Of a stretch of 64,000 nucleotides of DNA, positions 27,207-36,200 are shown in pieces (within the stretch, counting starts at the first letter, position 1; each line of letters opens with the position of its first letter). Below the pieces are notes generated by a model. The model saw only the letters and a list, made by a program, of their open reading frames with translations. It was not told the DNA's origin and did not search any database. The DNA comes from Patescibacteria group bacterium (GTDB lineage: Bacteria > Patescibacteriota > Saccharimonadia > UBA4664 > SCTI01), in NCBI GenBank assembly GCA_004297735.1, contig SCTI01000002.1:64160-128159 (forward strand), in the 5' to 3' direction. The position numbers were made by a program, and so were the translations under genes.

Positions 27207-28540
27207 GCCTCCTGGGCAGTCGAGTTGAACTTCTTCTGAACCGCCGCCTCAACTTCGACGGCGACCTTCTTGATCACGTGGTTCGGAGCCTTCCCGCCAA
27301 AGTTGGCCTGGAGGAATCCGATCCACGCACGGGGGTCCTGCGCCGCTTCGCGGTTGCCCTTGAAGCTGGGGATGAGCTCACGGATCAGCGCTTGCTGAAT
27401 CCGCTCCTTCCACTGCTCGTCGGTCAGCGCCTCTTCAGCAGAGGAAGCCGGCGACGAACCGTTGACGGTCTGGGCTTGCTGGCCCATCGCTGGAGCGGTA
27501 CGGGACCGTAGTTCGGCCATCCGAGCCTTGAATCCAGCCGTGTCATCACTGACCTTCTCGCCAGCCTGAACCTCCTGTTCAGCCTGTTCCTTTAGCTCCT
27601 CGAAAGAAGCGTGGCGATGCAGGAGCCGCATCACAGCTTGCGTCAGCATGCCGGCGTTACGCGCCGGATAGCCGGCAACCAACATGGCCACCCGGAAGTA
27701 CCAGGACGTGACCGACGAAACCGAGGGATGGTTATCCCGCGAGTTCGTCGAGCCATGAACGTTCTCGTACTTCTCGCGCTGCATGTTGACCTTCAGGTCA
27801 CCCTGAAGAACGCTGGAGTAGCTGACGAAGGCGCCCTCCACCTTGAAGTGAGGGTCATTTTCGGGGTCGTGCCGGTAAGGCATCGATACTTCTGCGACGC
27901 TTAGCTCCGGCAATGCAGCCGTAACCAGCTCCAGCGCTTCTTCCCGACTCAGATCACGAGGATCATCCTTCGGGAAGCCCATGCGCCGAATTGCTTCTTG
28001 CACCATCTCCGGGTGCTTGCTGAGCATGTTGGGCGGATCGCCCAGATCTTGGACTGTGAGGGCCACGATGGGCTCCTCCTTTCCGGCGGGTCGCCCCGCC
28101 CTCTTGGCTTGATCAGGCCGCGCTGAGCGCGGTGCATCTTGGCGAGGACGGCATTGCCGCCTCCAGCTGCGAATCTGAGCACGAAGCTCACCATCCGACA
28201 CCGAGAACAGCGCCTTGGCTACCTCCTCCCGCTTACCCTGATACACAGGATGGCGGATACCCAGGACCCTCATCAGATCCTGTAGGTAATTGAAGAAAGC
28301 AACCTCGATCTCCTCCACCGAAGCGGCGGAAACCGGGCCGTTCTGGTCTTCCGGAACGACGAACTCGTACTTATTCCACACCACCACCCCGCGGTCGCGG
28401 CGGAAGTGAAAGTCCGACTGACGCCTCAGCGCTCGGTGGCGCAGTTGGCAAAGGACCTCCAGGGCTCCTTCTCTGTCGAGCTCAAGAGGATGAATTGAAT
28501 TCAACCCCAAAGCTGCAACAATGAAGGAGTGGTTGTACAT
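27203..28540 (-). CDS. Hypothetical protein (about 445 aa); island gene 2 (internal ATG with GGAGA RBS preferred over the longer ORF-track start at 28651)
   Basis: High-GC ORF; no recognisable family motif by eye. Confidence 0.6.
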   Translation of the reverse strand: MYNHSFIVAALGLNSIHPLELDREGALEVLCQLRHRALRRQSDFHFRRDRGVVVWNKYEFVVPEDQNGPVSAASVEEIEVAFFNYLQDLMRVLGIRHPVYQGKREEVAKALFSVSDGELRAQIRSWRRQCRPRQDAPRSARPDQAKRAGRPAGKEEPIVALTVQDLGDPPNMLSKHPEMVQEAIRRMGFPKDDPRDLSREEALELVTAALPELSVAEVSMPYRHDPENDPHFKVEGAFVSYSSVLQGDLKVNMQREKYENVHGSTNSRDNHPSVSSVTSWYFRVAMLVAGYPARNAGMLTQAVMRLLHRHASFEELKEQAEQEVQAGEKVSDDTAGFKARMAELRSRTAPAMGQQAQTVNGSSPASSAEEALTDEQWKERIQQALIRELIPSFKGNREAAQDPRAWIGFLQANFGGKAPNHVIKKVAVEVEAAVQKKFNSTAQEA

Positions 28541-28691
28541 CGTTTCTCCGTTGGTAACGGGTCTATCCGATGTCACGTGCCGCTCCTTTCGCGGTCGTGG
28601 GTTTGCAGTAGATCTCAACAGACTGTATTGGGTGCTTTTACACCACAACATAGCCCATGAATATCTATCTCTATTAAGCTGTCAAAGAGTT

Positions 28692-28713
28692 ATTGCCTAC
28701 AGATATAGGCAAT
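28692..28713. promoter_or_regulatory. Operator-like palindrome ATTGCCTA-CAGATA-TAGGCAAT in the AT-rich promoter region of the island operon
   Basis: Perfect 8 bp inverted repeat read directly. Confidence 0.45.
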
Positions 28714-28770
28714 AAAATAATTTATCATATTTTAGTTAAAAAGTCAATGGTTATTGCGAGCATAAGCTCA

Positions 28771-28816
28771 ATAAAAACAAAGGCGGGCGGAGGAGCTGGT
28801 GTGCTCCCCCGCCCGT
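28771..28816 (-). terminator. Strong intrinsic terminator (GC stem GGCGGGCGGAGGAGC/GCTCCCCCGCCCG plus TTTGTTTTTATT on the minus strand)
   Basis: Hairpin plus U-run downstream of the 299 aa gene. Confidence 0.8.
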
Positions 28817-28838
28817 TTCACCTGCCCGGCGAAGATGT

Positions 28839-29738
28839 TCAGGCCGCGACGGCCTGTTCGTCATTCCGGATGTCATCGCTCAACCGACAGAAAGAGTCGA
28901 GAGCTGCCAGCTTGAGCAGCAGATCCCGGTGGCTGGTCTGATCGTCGGTCGGATTGATCAGCGGACGCAGCAGCTCAGACGGCATGCCGCGAAGTGCCTC
29001 CTTGAGCTCTTTGCGGACGAGCTGCTCTCGCATCACGCAGTACCACTCATGAAGATGAACCCCGCCCCTATCGAGCTTCTCTACGTAGGACTCCGCCAGC
29101 AAGCAAGCAAGCTCTAGCTTTACCAGCTCATCCTCACTGCACTGCAGTACCGCAGTGACGCGTCCGGAAGTCAAGATTTGTAGCTCCGGGTTGGACTTAA
29201 GTGCCTCCAGGAGCGCCCTGTGGTTCTGCCGCAGGGCGTTGGCGCGCGCACCCACCTCTTTGCGGCGAACGATAGTCGAAGCCCACTGGTGAGCCCGTGT
29301 CATCAGATCGAACTTATCGATCGATTCCTCGGGCGAGGCATCTTCAGGGTGCGAATACAACATATCCCGCAAGAGCAAGCTGAGGTCACGCGGATAGGGG
29401 TTCGGATTGCCTAATGGGTACATCTTGACCAGGTTGCGTCGGTAGTACTCCACCATGCCGGCCAGCACCACCCCCAGCACTATCTCAGCTTCTGGGTTTG
29501 GCTGATCGAGGAGGTCCTCTTCGCCTTCGGCACAGAGCGTTGAGTCTACGCCCTGCAGCAACTCCACCTCATGAATAGTGAGGAAATTTTCACCTAGACG
29601 CGGGATGAAGTGCTCGGCGCTCGCACACGCTTGAGGCCACCACCGCAGCTCTTCTGTGCGGAAGTACTCCGCCACCGGATGCTTCTGTTCGAGGGCCGCC
29701 CTGGTTAGGGCAAGACTGGCATCGGTCGTGCTAGACAC
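28839..29738 (-). CDS. Hypothetical protein (299 aa, GTG start, GGGGAG RBS); island gene 1
   Basis: High-GC ORF with its own promoter and terminator. Confidence 0.6.
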   Translation of the reverse strand: MSSTTDASLALTRAALEQKHPVAEYFRTEELRWWPQACASAEHFIPRLGENFLTIHEVELLQGVDSTLCAEGEEDLLDQPNPEAEIVLGVVLAGMVEYYRRNLVKMYPLGNPNPYPRDLSLLLRDMLYSHPEDASPEESIDKFDLMTRAHQWASTIVRRKEVGARANALRQNHRALLEALKSNPELQILTSGRVTAVLQCSEDELVKLELACLLAESYVEKLDRGGVHLHEWYCVMREQLVRKELKEALRGMPSELLRPLINPTDDQTSHRDLLLKLAALDSFCRLSDDIRNDEQAVAA

Positions 29739-29781
29739 GTCACTCCCCTTTCGGGATTGAACAACAAAGATGTGTGGTGCG

Positions 29782-29799
29782 CTTGGTGTTCACACCAAG
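29782..29799. promoter_or_regulatory. Palindrome CTTGGTGT-TC-ACACCAAG just downstream of a TTGTAA-17-TAAAGT promoter for the 299 aa gene
   Basis: Perfect 8 bp inverted repeat. Confidence 0.45.
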
Positions 29800-29851
29800 A
29801 TTAAGCGCTACTTTACCACTTTTAAGATGGTTTTACAACCGGATATCAGAT

Positions 29852-30178
29852 CTATAAATCATTCATGATCCGAGCGATGTGCTCGGCGTATTGGCCGCTG
29901 CCATCATGTTTAAAGTGGATGCGTGGCACAAACTTAGTGGTCATGCGGGCCGCTACCGCCCGTTGGATCTGGCTGCGAGCGCCAACCGCACGGCGCATCA
30001 AGGCCTCTTGCTCTTCCTCGGAGTCGGCAATCACGCTCAACCAAACCGTTGCCTGGCGCAGGTCCGGCGAGACATCAACGGTGGTAACGCTCAGCTGCGG
30101 GGCGGCTAGCTGCTCTCGAAGTTCGGCGGCAACCAGCTGTTGCACCAAGCTAGCGACTTTGTCGGTACGTTGACTCAT
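29852..30178 (-). CDS. rbfA: Ribosome-binding factor A
   Basis: 108 aa RbfA; infB-rbfA order. Confidence 0.88.
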   Translation of the reverse strand: MSQRTDKVASLVQQLVAAELREQLAAPQLSVTTVDVSPDLRQATVWLSVIADSEEEQEALMRRAVGARSQIQRAVAARMTTKFVPRIHFKHDGSGQYAEHIARIMNDL

Positions 30179-30180
30179 AG

Positions 30181-31974
30181 CTACAGAGTACGCTGGCGAG
30201 TCTCGGTGGTAAAGAACTCGAGACGATCGTCGACTTCAATTTTGGTGTTAATCGCCACGTTCAAGCCACACTGCTCACCTTCAACCACCTGCTTAACCTT
30301 GTTTTGCTCTTTTTGGACGTTGGTTATGCGACCGGTGGCAATCACCTCTTTGTCGCGCTTTACGCGCACCTGTACGTCTGGCTCAACCTTACCGGTGAGC
30401 ACCTCACCACCACAAATAACCTCGGCCTTGGTGGTCTTAAACACACCCAAAACCTTGAGTTCGCCGACCGGTAGCTCAATCACCTCCGGTGCCAGCATTT
30501 GGGTTAGAGCGGTGCGGACGTCATCAAGTAGCTCGTAAATAACTTTATATAGACGAATCTGAACCTTTTCGCGATTAGCCAACTGCTTAACCGCCGAACC
30601 AATTGAGACGTTAAAGCCCATTACTAGAGCGCCCGCGGTTGCGGCAAAATTAATGTCGGATTCACTAATGTCGCCAATGCCCTGGCTAACCACTTTGACC
30701 GCGACCTCATCGTTTTTAAGATCACCCAAGCTGGTAATAAGCGACTCCAGCGAACCCTGAACGTCGGCCTTTACCACCACGTTGAGCTCCTTAATTTTGC
30801 CGGCGCTAATGGCCTCGGTTAAATCACTGGCATCAATGCTTTTAACTCGCACCATGCTCTTAATTGAGTTTTGGCGCTGGTTGGCGACGCTACGATCGCG
30901 GGCGGTTTTTTCGTCGGCCACAGCGTAAAAGACGTTACCAAAGTCTGGCACCGCTTTAAATCCGGTCACCACCGCCGGCATACCCGGATCGGCTCCCTTG
31001 AGCTTCTTGCCCCGGTAGTCACCCAAGCTGCGAACCTTGGCGTAGGTGCTGCCACTAACGATGTAGTCGCCAACCGCCAAGTTGCCGTGCTGGACCAGAA
31101 TGGTGGCCACCGGACCACGACCGGTCTCGAGGTGCGACTCGATTACCACACCTTCAGATGGGCCGCTCGGGCGAGCCCGCAGCTCCTCCAGGTCGGCTAC
31201 CAGTAGCACCACATCAAGCAGCTTGTCGATGTTGGTACCGGCTTTGGCCGAAACATCAACCATTACGGTCTTACCGCCCCACTCTTCGGGCACCAGCTCT
31301 AACTCGCTCAGCTCCTGGCGTACTCGGTTGGGGTCTGCGCCCGGCTTATCAATCTTGTTAATTGCAATTACGATCTGAACGCCAGCCTCTTTAGCGTGAC
31401 GAATCGCCTCTTTGGTTTGCGGCTTTACGCCGTCATCGGCCGCCACCACAATAATGGCCACATCGGTTAAACGGGCGCCGTGAGCACGAATGGCCGAAAA
31501 GGCTTCGTGACCCGGAGTGTCCAAAAAGGTAATCCAGCGGTCCTTGCGCTTAATCTGGTAGGCACCAATGTGCTGAGTAATGCCGCCCGACTCACCGGAT
31601 ACAACGTTGGTTTGGCGAATAGCGTCAAGCAGCGAGGTTTTACCGTGGTCGACATGACCCATAACTGCAACAACCGGTGGACGAGTCTCGCCCTCGCCCT
31701 TGGCCAGCTTGGTAGCTCCCTCGGCCGGGCCATCCTGAGTCACCGCTTCGGCCTTAACCTCAAAACCAAGGTCGGAGCCAATAATGGCGGCGGTATCAAA
31801 ATCGATCTGCTCATTGATGGTAGCCATAACGCCGTTCTTCATTAGCTCGGCAATAACGCTGGTTACCGGGACTCCCAACTTACCGGCAAACTCACCCACC
31901 CCAATAATTGGGGCAATCTCAATTTGCTTGGTTGTGGTTGTTTCGGACATAAATTCACCTTCGATTCTGGCCAA
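30181..31974 (-). CDS. infB: Translation initiation factor IF-2
   Basis: 597 aa, G-domain GHVDHGKT, DTPGH, NKID. Confidence 0.92.
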   Translation of the reverse strand: MARIEGEFMSETTTTKQIEIAPIIGVGEFAGKLGVPVTSVIAELMKNGVMATINEQIDFDTAAIIGSDLGFEVKAEAVTQDGPAEGATKLAKGEGETRPPVVAVMGHVDHGKTSLLDAIRQTNVVSGESGGITQHIGAYQIKRKDRWITFLDTPGHEAFSAIRAHGARLTDVAIIVVAADDGVKPQTKEAIRHAKEAGVQIVIAINKIDKPGADPNRVRQELSELELVPEEWGGKTVMVDVSAKAGTNIDKLLDVVLLVADLEELRARPSGPSEGVVIESHLETGRGPVATILVQHGNLAVGDYIVSGSTYAKVRSLGDYRGKKLKGADPGMPAVVTGFKAVPDFGNVFYAVADEKTARDRSVANQRQNSIKSMVRVKSIDASDLTEAISAGKIKELNVVVKADVQGSLESLITSLGDLKNDEVAVKVVSQGIGDISESDINFAATAGALVMGFNVSIGSAVKQLANREKVQIRLYKVIYELLDDVRTALTQMLAPEVIELPVGELKVLGVFKTTKAEVICGGEVLTGKVEPDVQVRVKRDKEVIATGRITNVQKEQNKVKQVVEGEQCGLNVAINTKIEVDDRLEFFTTETRQRTL

Positions 31975-32152
31975 TTATGGCCGGTAGTTTGTTAGCGCAA
32001 GCGCTGCTGCAAGTGTAAAACCCGCGCCCCGGCTGATGGCCGGTGGTTTGAGTGTCGGCTAAAACCGTGCCACCCTGACGCACCCAGCGCTGCAGCTGCG
32101 CTTGAGGACGCTTGGTCCGGCAGACTCGACAGCTACGCTGCGGCTCCGCCAC
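31955..32152 (-). CDS. ylxR: YlxR/DUF448 family protein (nusA-infB operon RNA-binding protein)
   Basis: 65 aa; CRVCRTKRPQAQLQRWV...GRGFYTC pattern. Confidence 0.65.
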   Translation of the reverse strand: MAEPQRSCRVCRTKRPQAQLQRWVRQGGTVLADTQTTGHQPGRGFYTCSSACANKLPAIIGQNRR

Positions 32153-32157
32153 CGGGC

Positions 32158-33303
32158 CTACTCCTTATCGCTAGCGGCTTTAGTAGCAGTAGCTGGCTTA
32201 AGACTGAGGCTGAGCTTGTGGGCCTCGGGGTCGATGGCAATAATGCGGAACTTCTTCTTTTCGCCCACCTTAACCAGCTTGGTTGGGTCCTCAACGTGCT
32301 CGGTGCTGAGCTCGGAGATGTGAACCAGCGCCTCAACCACTGGTGTCACCTGGACAAAAGCCCCAAACGGAGTAATTCGAGTGATGGTACCCTCAACCTC
32401 AGAGCCGACTTTTAGGCCCTTAACCTCGTTAGCCCAGGGATCGTCCTGCAGCTGCTTCATGCTCAAGCTGAGCTTGTCGCGGTCAATCGAGATAATCTTG
32501 GCCTCGATCTCCTGGCCAACCTTAACGTACTTGGCCGGACTATCGACTCGATCCCAGGCAATCTCGGAGATGTGAACCAGCCCTTCGACGCCTTCGACGT
32601 TGACGAAGATACCAAAGTCAACCACACCGGTGACCACACCCTTAACGGTGGTGCCAACCTTCATTAGAGCGACTTTGCTCTCGGTGTCTTCGCGGCGGGC
32701 GGCTTTTTCGGATACGATCAACTTGTTGTCGCGACGATCCAAGTCGAGCACACGTACCTGAAGCGGCTTACCAACCAGCCCGGTTAGGCGGTTGTGAATC
32801 TCATCGCGATCGGCACCAGATACACGGGGGTAGTTTTCGGCGCTTAGCTGCGACACCGGCAAGAAGCCACGAATGCCTTCAACCTCAATTAAAAGGCCTC
32901 CCTTGTTGGCGTCAAATGGGCTGACTGGGAACACCTCGCCGCTATCTAGACGTTGCTGTAACGCCTCCCATCCCTTTTCTTTAGCTACCTTCTTAAGGCT
33001 GAGGATGGCGTAGCCATCATCGCTCTCCGGCTCAATAACGCCGGCGCTAATGGTGTCGCCAGGCTGAAGGTTGCCGGCCTGCTCAATTTCGCGACCGATC
33101 ACCAGACCGGTACCGCGCGGACCGAGATCTAGCCAGATCTCGTGCTTATCAGCAGCGATAATGCTGCCTTCAATCACATCGCCGGACGACATTGCCGGAA
33201 CGCTATGATCAGCGAGCAGCTCCTCCATGGTTAGTTTGGTTGATTTTTTAGTTGTGGTTGGCACTGTATACAATACTTCCTTGTGTTGAGATTTCACCGA
33301 CAA
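32158..33303 (-). CDS. rpsA: 30S ribosomal protein S1 (four S1 domains)
   Basis: 381 aa with four repeated S1 OB-fold motifs. Confidence 0.85.
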   Translation of the reverse strand: MSVKSQHKEVLYTVPTTTKKSTKLTMEELLADHSVPAMSSGDVIEGSIIAADKHEIWLDLGPRGTGLVIGREIEQAGNLQPGDTISAGVIEPESDDGYAILSLKKVAKEKGWEALQQRLDSGEVFPVSPFDANKGGLLIEVEGIRGFLPVSQLSAENYPRVSGADRDEIHNRLTGLVGKPLQVRVLDLDRRDNKLIVSEKAARREDTESKVALMKVGTTVKGVVTGVVDFGIFVNVEGVEGLVHISEIAWDRVDSPAKYVKVGQEIEAKIISIDRDKLSLSMKQLQDDPWANEVKGLKVGSEVEGTITRITPFGAFVQVTPVVEALVHISELSTEHVEDPTKLVKVGEKKKFRIIAIDPEAHKLSLSLKPATATKAASDKE

Positions 33304-33378
33304 ACCGTCAGTCAGCCGCCAAAACCGCCGTAATGGCGGTTTTTGACAATAGAAGACACTCCACGTCAGTGATTAAGG

Positions 33379-33861
33379 TTATTGTACCCTATCTATTGCT
33401 CCAGGTAAAGAGAGTGCTTGACGACGGCTTCGGCGATACGCCCAAGCCATAACAATCGTTGCGGTTAGACCGACTGTGGTACTAAACTCTCCCCCGGTTT
33501 TAGGAGTGGTGGCAACTCCAGCTGGCACCGCTGCGTGCGCACCGGTAGCCGGAGTGGTTGTGGTGCCTGCAGGAGCTGGCTTGGTAGTAGCTCCGGCGGT
33601 TGGCTGACCACTTTTTTGGGTTGAACCGGTTGAGCCGCTCGTACCACTGTTGCCGCCCGAAGTGCTCGACTGACCCGACTTAGACTGATCGGTCTGGTTC
33701 TTATTTTGATCCTGGCTAGCGGTTTGCTCTTGCTTGGTGGTTTGGCTGGCCTGGTTATTCTTATCTTGACGCTGTTGGCTGCCATACAAAAAGGTAGCTG
33801 CCACCACTACTGCAACCAGCAGTAGTCCGGCAATAGTGGTTAAAAGCTCTCTCCGCCTCAT
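33379..33861 (-). CDS. Ser/Thr/Gln-rich surface protein with an LPXTG-like C-terminal sorting signal (TPKTGGE plus hydrophobic segment plus RRSRR)
   Basis: N-terminal TM/signal, low-complexity middle, C-terminal PKTG-hydrophobic-basic tail. Confidence 0.55.
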   Translation of the reverse strand: MRRRELLTTIAGLLLVAVVVAATFLYGSQQRQDKNNQASQTTKQEQTASQDQNKNQTDQSKSGQSSTSGGNSGTSGSTGSTQKSGQPTAGATTKPAPAGTTTTPATGAHAAVPAGVATTPKTGGEFSTTVGLTATIVMAWAYRRSRRQALSLPGAIDRVQ

Positions 33862-34135
33862 AATGATCCTCCTTACAGCGGCCGCCTCGCTTGTCTCACT
33901 AATATCTGCCCGCAGTATAAAACCGGTGGCCCATAAAAACAACAAAAAATCTCACCAATACGTCAAGATGGGGTCCGGAGAAAACAGGAAATACAAGGAG
34001 GTGAGCACTCATATATGCCTGCCACTCTGGGCCCCATCTCAACCTACTGATGAGATAATGGCAGATAATAACATAATGACCGCACCTTGTCAAAGGATGG
34101 TGGCCTGTCTCAACCTTAAGCGTTATACTAGAACC

Positions 34136-34975
34136 ATGTATATTGGCGTAGATATTGGCGGCTCAAAGATCTTGGTGGTGGCAGGAAATGCCAAGCACCA
34201 GATCCTGCGCCAACAAAAAATAAAAACCCCCGAAGACGGGCATCAGGGTGTAATTGAGATTATCCACTTAATCGAGCAGGTTGCCGCCGGCGATGAGATT
34301 AAAAGCATCATTGTGGCTTCGGCCGGGCCCCTCGACTTTAAGAATGGCTGTATTCGCGAGAGCTCACCCAACATGCATGGCTGGCGTGGCACTAAGCTGA
34401 TTGAACCAATCAAGAACCACTTCAAGCGCCCCACCGAGCTGGTGGCCGATACCGCGGCGGCGGCGGTTACTGAAGCCACCATTGGCGCCGCCAAAGGCGA
34501 GGAGTTTGTTTTGTATGTCACCATCAGCACCGGGGTTGGAGCGGCGTTAGTAGCCGGCGGCGAGGCCTACCAGGGCGTAACCGGTATTGAGGCTGGTCAT
34601 ATTATTATCGACCCGGACGGTCCGCCTTGCGGCTGCGGCGGGCGCGGTCACTTTGAGGCCATGGTTAGCGGCAAAGCCATCAAAAAGAAGTACGGTTTGT
34701 TTGGCTACCAGATTACCGACCCTAAGATCTGGGATGAAATTGCGGCCACCATGGCACTCGGATTTCACAGCTTAATCGTCAGCTACTCCCCTTCCGTCAT
34801 AGTGATTGGCGGTGGAGTTGGGGTTCACTACGCCAAGTTTCATGACTTTTTAATGAAGCATTTGGCCGAGCTACATCCACTCTATCCTCTACCAGAAATC
34901 CGCCAGGCCAAGTACATTGAAACTGCGGTGGCCTACGGTGCCCTAATTTTGGCAGCGCAGCATTACAGTAGCTAG
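34136..34975 (+). CDS. ROK family sugar kinase/regulator (glucokinase-like)
   Basis: MYIGVDIGGSKIL N-terminus and CGCGGRGHFE zinc motif; TATACT box 6 nt before the ATG (leaderless). Confidence 0.8.
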   Translation: MYIGVDIGGSKILVVAGNAKHQILRQQKIKTPEDGHQGVIEIIHLIEQVAAGDEIKSIIVASAGPLDFKNGCIRESSPNMHGWRGTKLIEPIKNHFKRPTELVADTAAAAVTEATIGAAKGEEFVLYVTISTGVGAALVAGGEAYQGVTGIEAGHIIIDPDGPPCGCGGRGHFEAMVSGKAIKKKYGLFGYQITDPKIWDEIAATMALGFHSLIVSYSPSVIVIGGGVGVHYAKFHDFLMKHLAELHPLYPLPEIRQAKYIETAVAYGALILAAQHYSS

Positions 34976-35196
34976 TGGCTCTTCTAGTGGCTCCGCAACT
35001 GGCTACTTCACTCACTATCACGTTCGTTGCGTAGGCAGTTGCTTCGCCATCATATCGGAGCGCAGTTTGTGCCTCCGCAGTGAGCGTGGTAGCGAACGCA
35101 GGAGCCACAAACGGAGCGACCGGCGGAGGCAAGCTAACCGCTTATGCTTGCTGTAGGGTTTTGAGCGGGCGTATAGTAGATTCATAACGCAGGAGG

Positions 35197-35697
35197 GTGC
35201 GCTTGCAGGGCATTATTAACGACTTCCCCCAGTTTGAGTTTGTAGCCGGCTCAATCTTTGTCTGGTCACCTCAGTATCAGGCGATCATGTACGATCGCAA
35301 GCGAATTCGCAGCAATGAAGGGCGCTTAGCGCTGCTTCACGAAATCAGCCACGCCGTTTTAGGGCATCGCATTTACAAGTACGATATCGAATTGATTGCC
35401 ATGGAGGTCGACGCCTGGGAGAAGACCCGCGAACTAGCCCAAAAGTACCAGGTAACGGTAGACGAAGAGCATATCGCCGAATGCATCGCTAGCTACGACC
35501 ACTGGATTACCAAGCGTTCAACCTGTCCCGACTGCGACAGCTTTTGCCTGCAGCAAGCTCGCGACCAGTACCGCTGCTTTGCCTGTGGGGCGGTCTGGGA
35601 GGTCAACTGGCGCAAAGATCGCCGAGTCACCCGCCGAGTGGTTGATCGCGAAATCCACCGCGCGGCTCTCCCTCTGCAGTTCGCTGAGCGTAAATAA
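35197..35697 (+). CDS. ImmA/IrrE-family (HEXXH) zinc metallopeptidase-like protein with C-terminal Cys4 zinc ribbon
   Basis: HEISHAVLGH motif; CPDCDS...CFACG. Confidence 0.55.
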   Translation: MRLQGIINDFPQFEFVAGSIFVWSPQYQAIMYDRKRIRSNEGRLALLHEISHAVLGHRIYKYDIELIAMEVDAWEKTRELAQKYQVTVDEEHIAECIASYDHWITKRSTCPDCDSFCLQQARDQYRCFACGAVWEVNWRKDRRVTRRVVDREIHRAALPLQFAERK

Positions 35698-35715
35698 TTA
35701 GCTGCCACCAACACC

Positions 35716-35743
35716 AAAAACCCCTTCGAGTGAAGGGGTTTTT
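35716..35743. terminator. Bidirectional terminator AAAAACCCCTTCGAGTGAAGGGGTTTTT
   Basis: Perfect stem with flanking A and T runs. Confidence 0.85.
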
Positions 35744-35766
35744 GGTTGACTTAATTAGTCGCTAAA

Positions 35767-35976
35767 TTAGCTAGCGTCTGAAGCGCTGGCCTTGCGGCGG
35801 CGCGAACGCTGACCGCCAACACGACCGGCCTGACGAGCCAGTTCGGGGTTCTTAGCAAAACCACCACCGCGGCTCTTACGACCACCGATGCGACCAATAG
35901 TCTGGTAGAAGTTGGTGCCGTAGCGCTGCTTGTTGGTAATAGCGGCGGCAATACCACCCATCTTTGTACCTGACAT
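35767..35976 (-). CDS. KGG-repeat general stress protein (YciG/con-6-like)
   Basis: 69 aa; GGRKSRGGG...GRVGGQRS repeats. Confidence 0.65.
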   Translation of the reverse strand: MSGTKMGGIAAAITNKQRYGTNFYQTIGRIGGRKSRGGGFAKNPELARQAGRVGGQRSRRRKASASDAS

Positions 35977-36200
35977 AACTTAATCTCCATTTAGTGCTTA
36001 GTCTTCATTGTGCCAAAAACGGCACTCAACCGCTTTGGCTTTTTTACCAAAAGCGTTTCGATAAAAACGAACCATCTTTTGGGAAAAACATCATAAGAGG
36101 TTTAGACAATTGCTATACTATCATATTATGCTTATGTTGTCAACTATTGCTGGGCTGATTTTGTATACACCCTTGGCGGCGCTTTGCATCACGGCTATAC

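Noticed and set aside
26165-27511. Overlapping plus- and minus-strand Arg/Pro/Ser-rich ORFs (26158-26523, 26844-27239, 26909-27511 etc.)
   Set aside because: Alternative frames of the high-GC 338 aa gene; high GC suppresses stop codons in all frames
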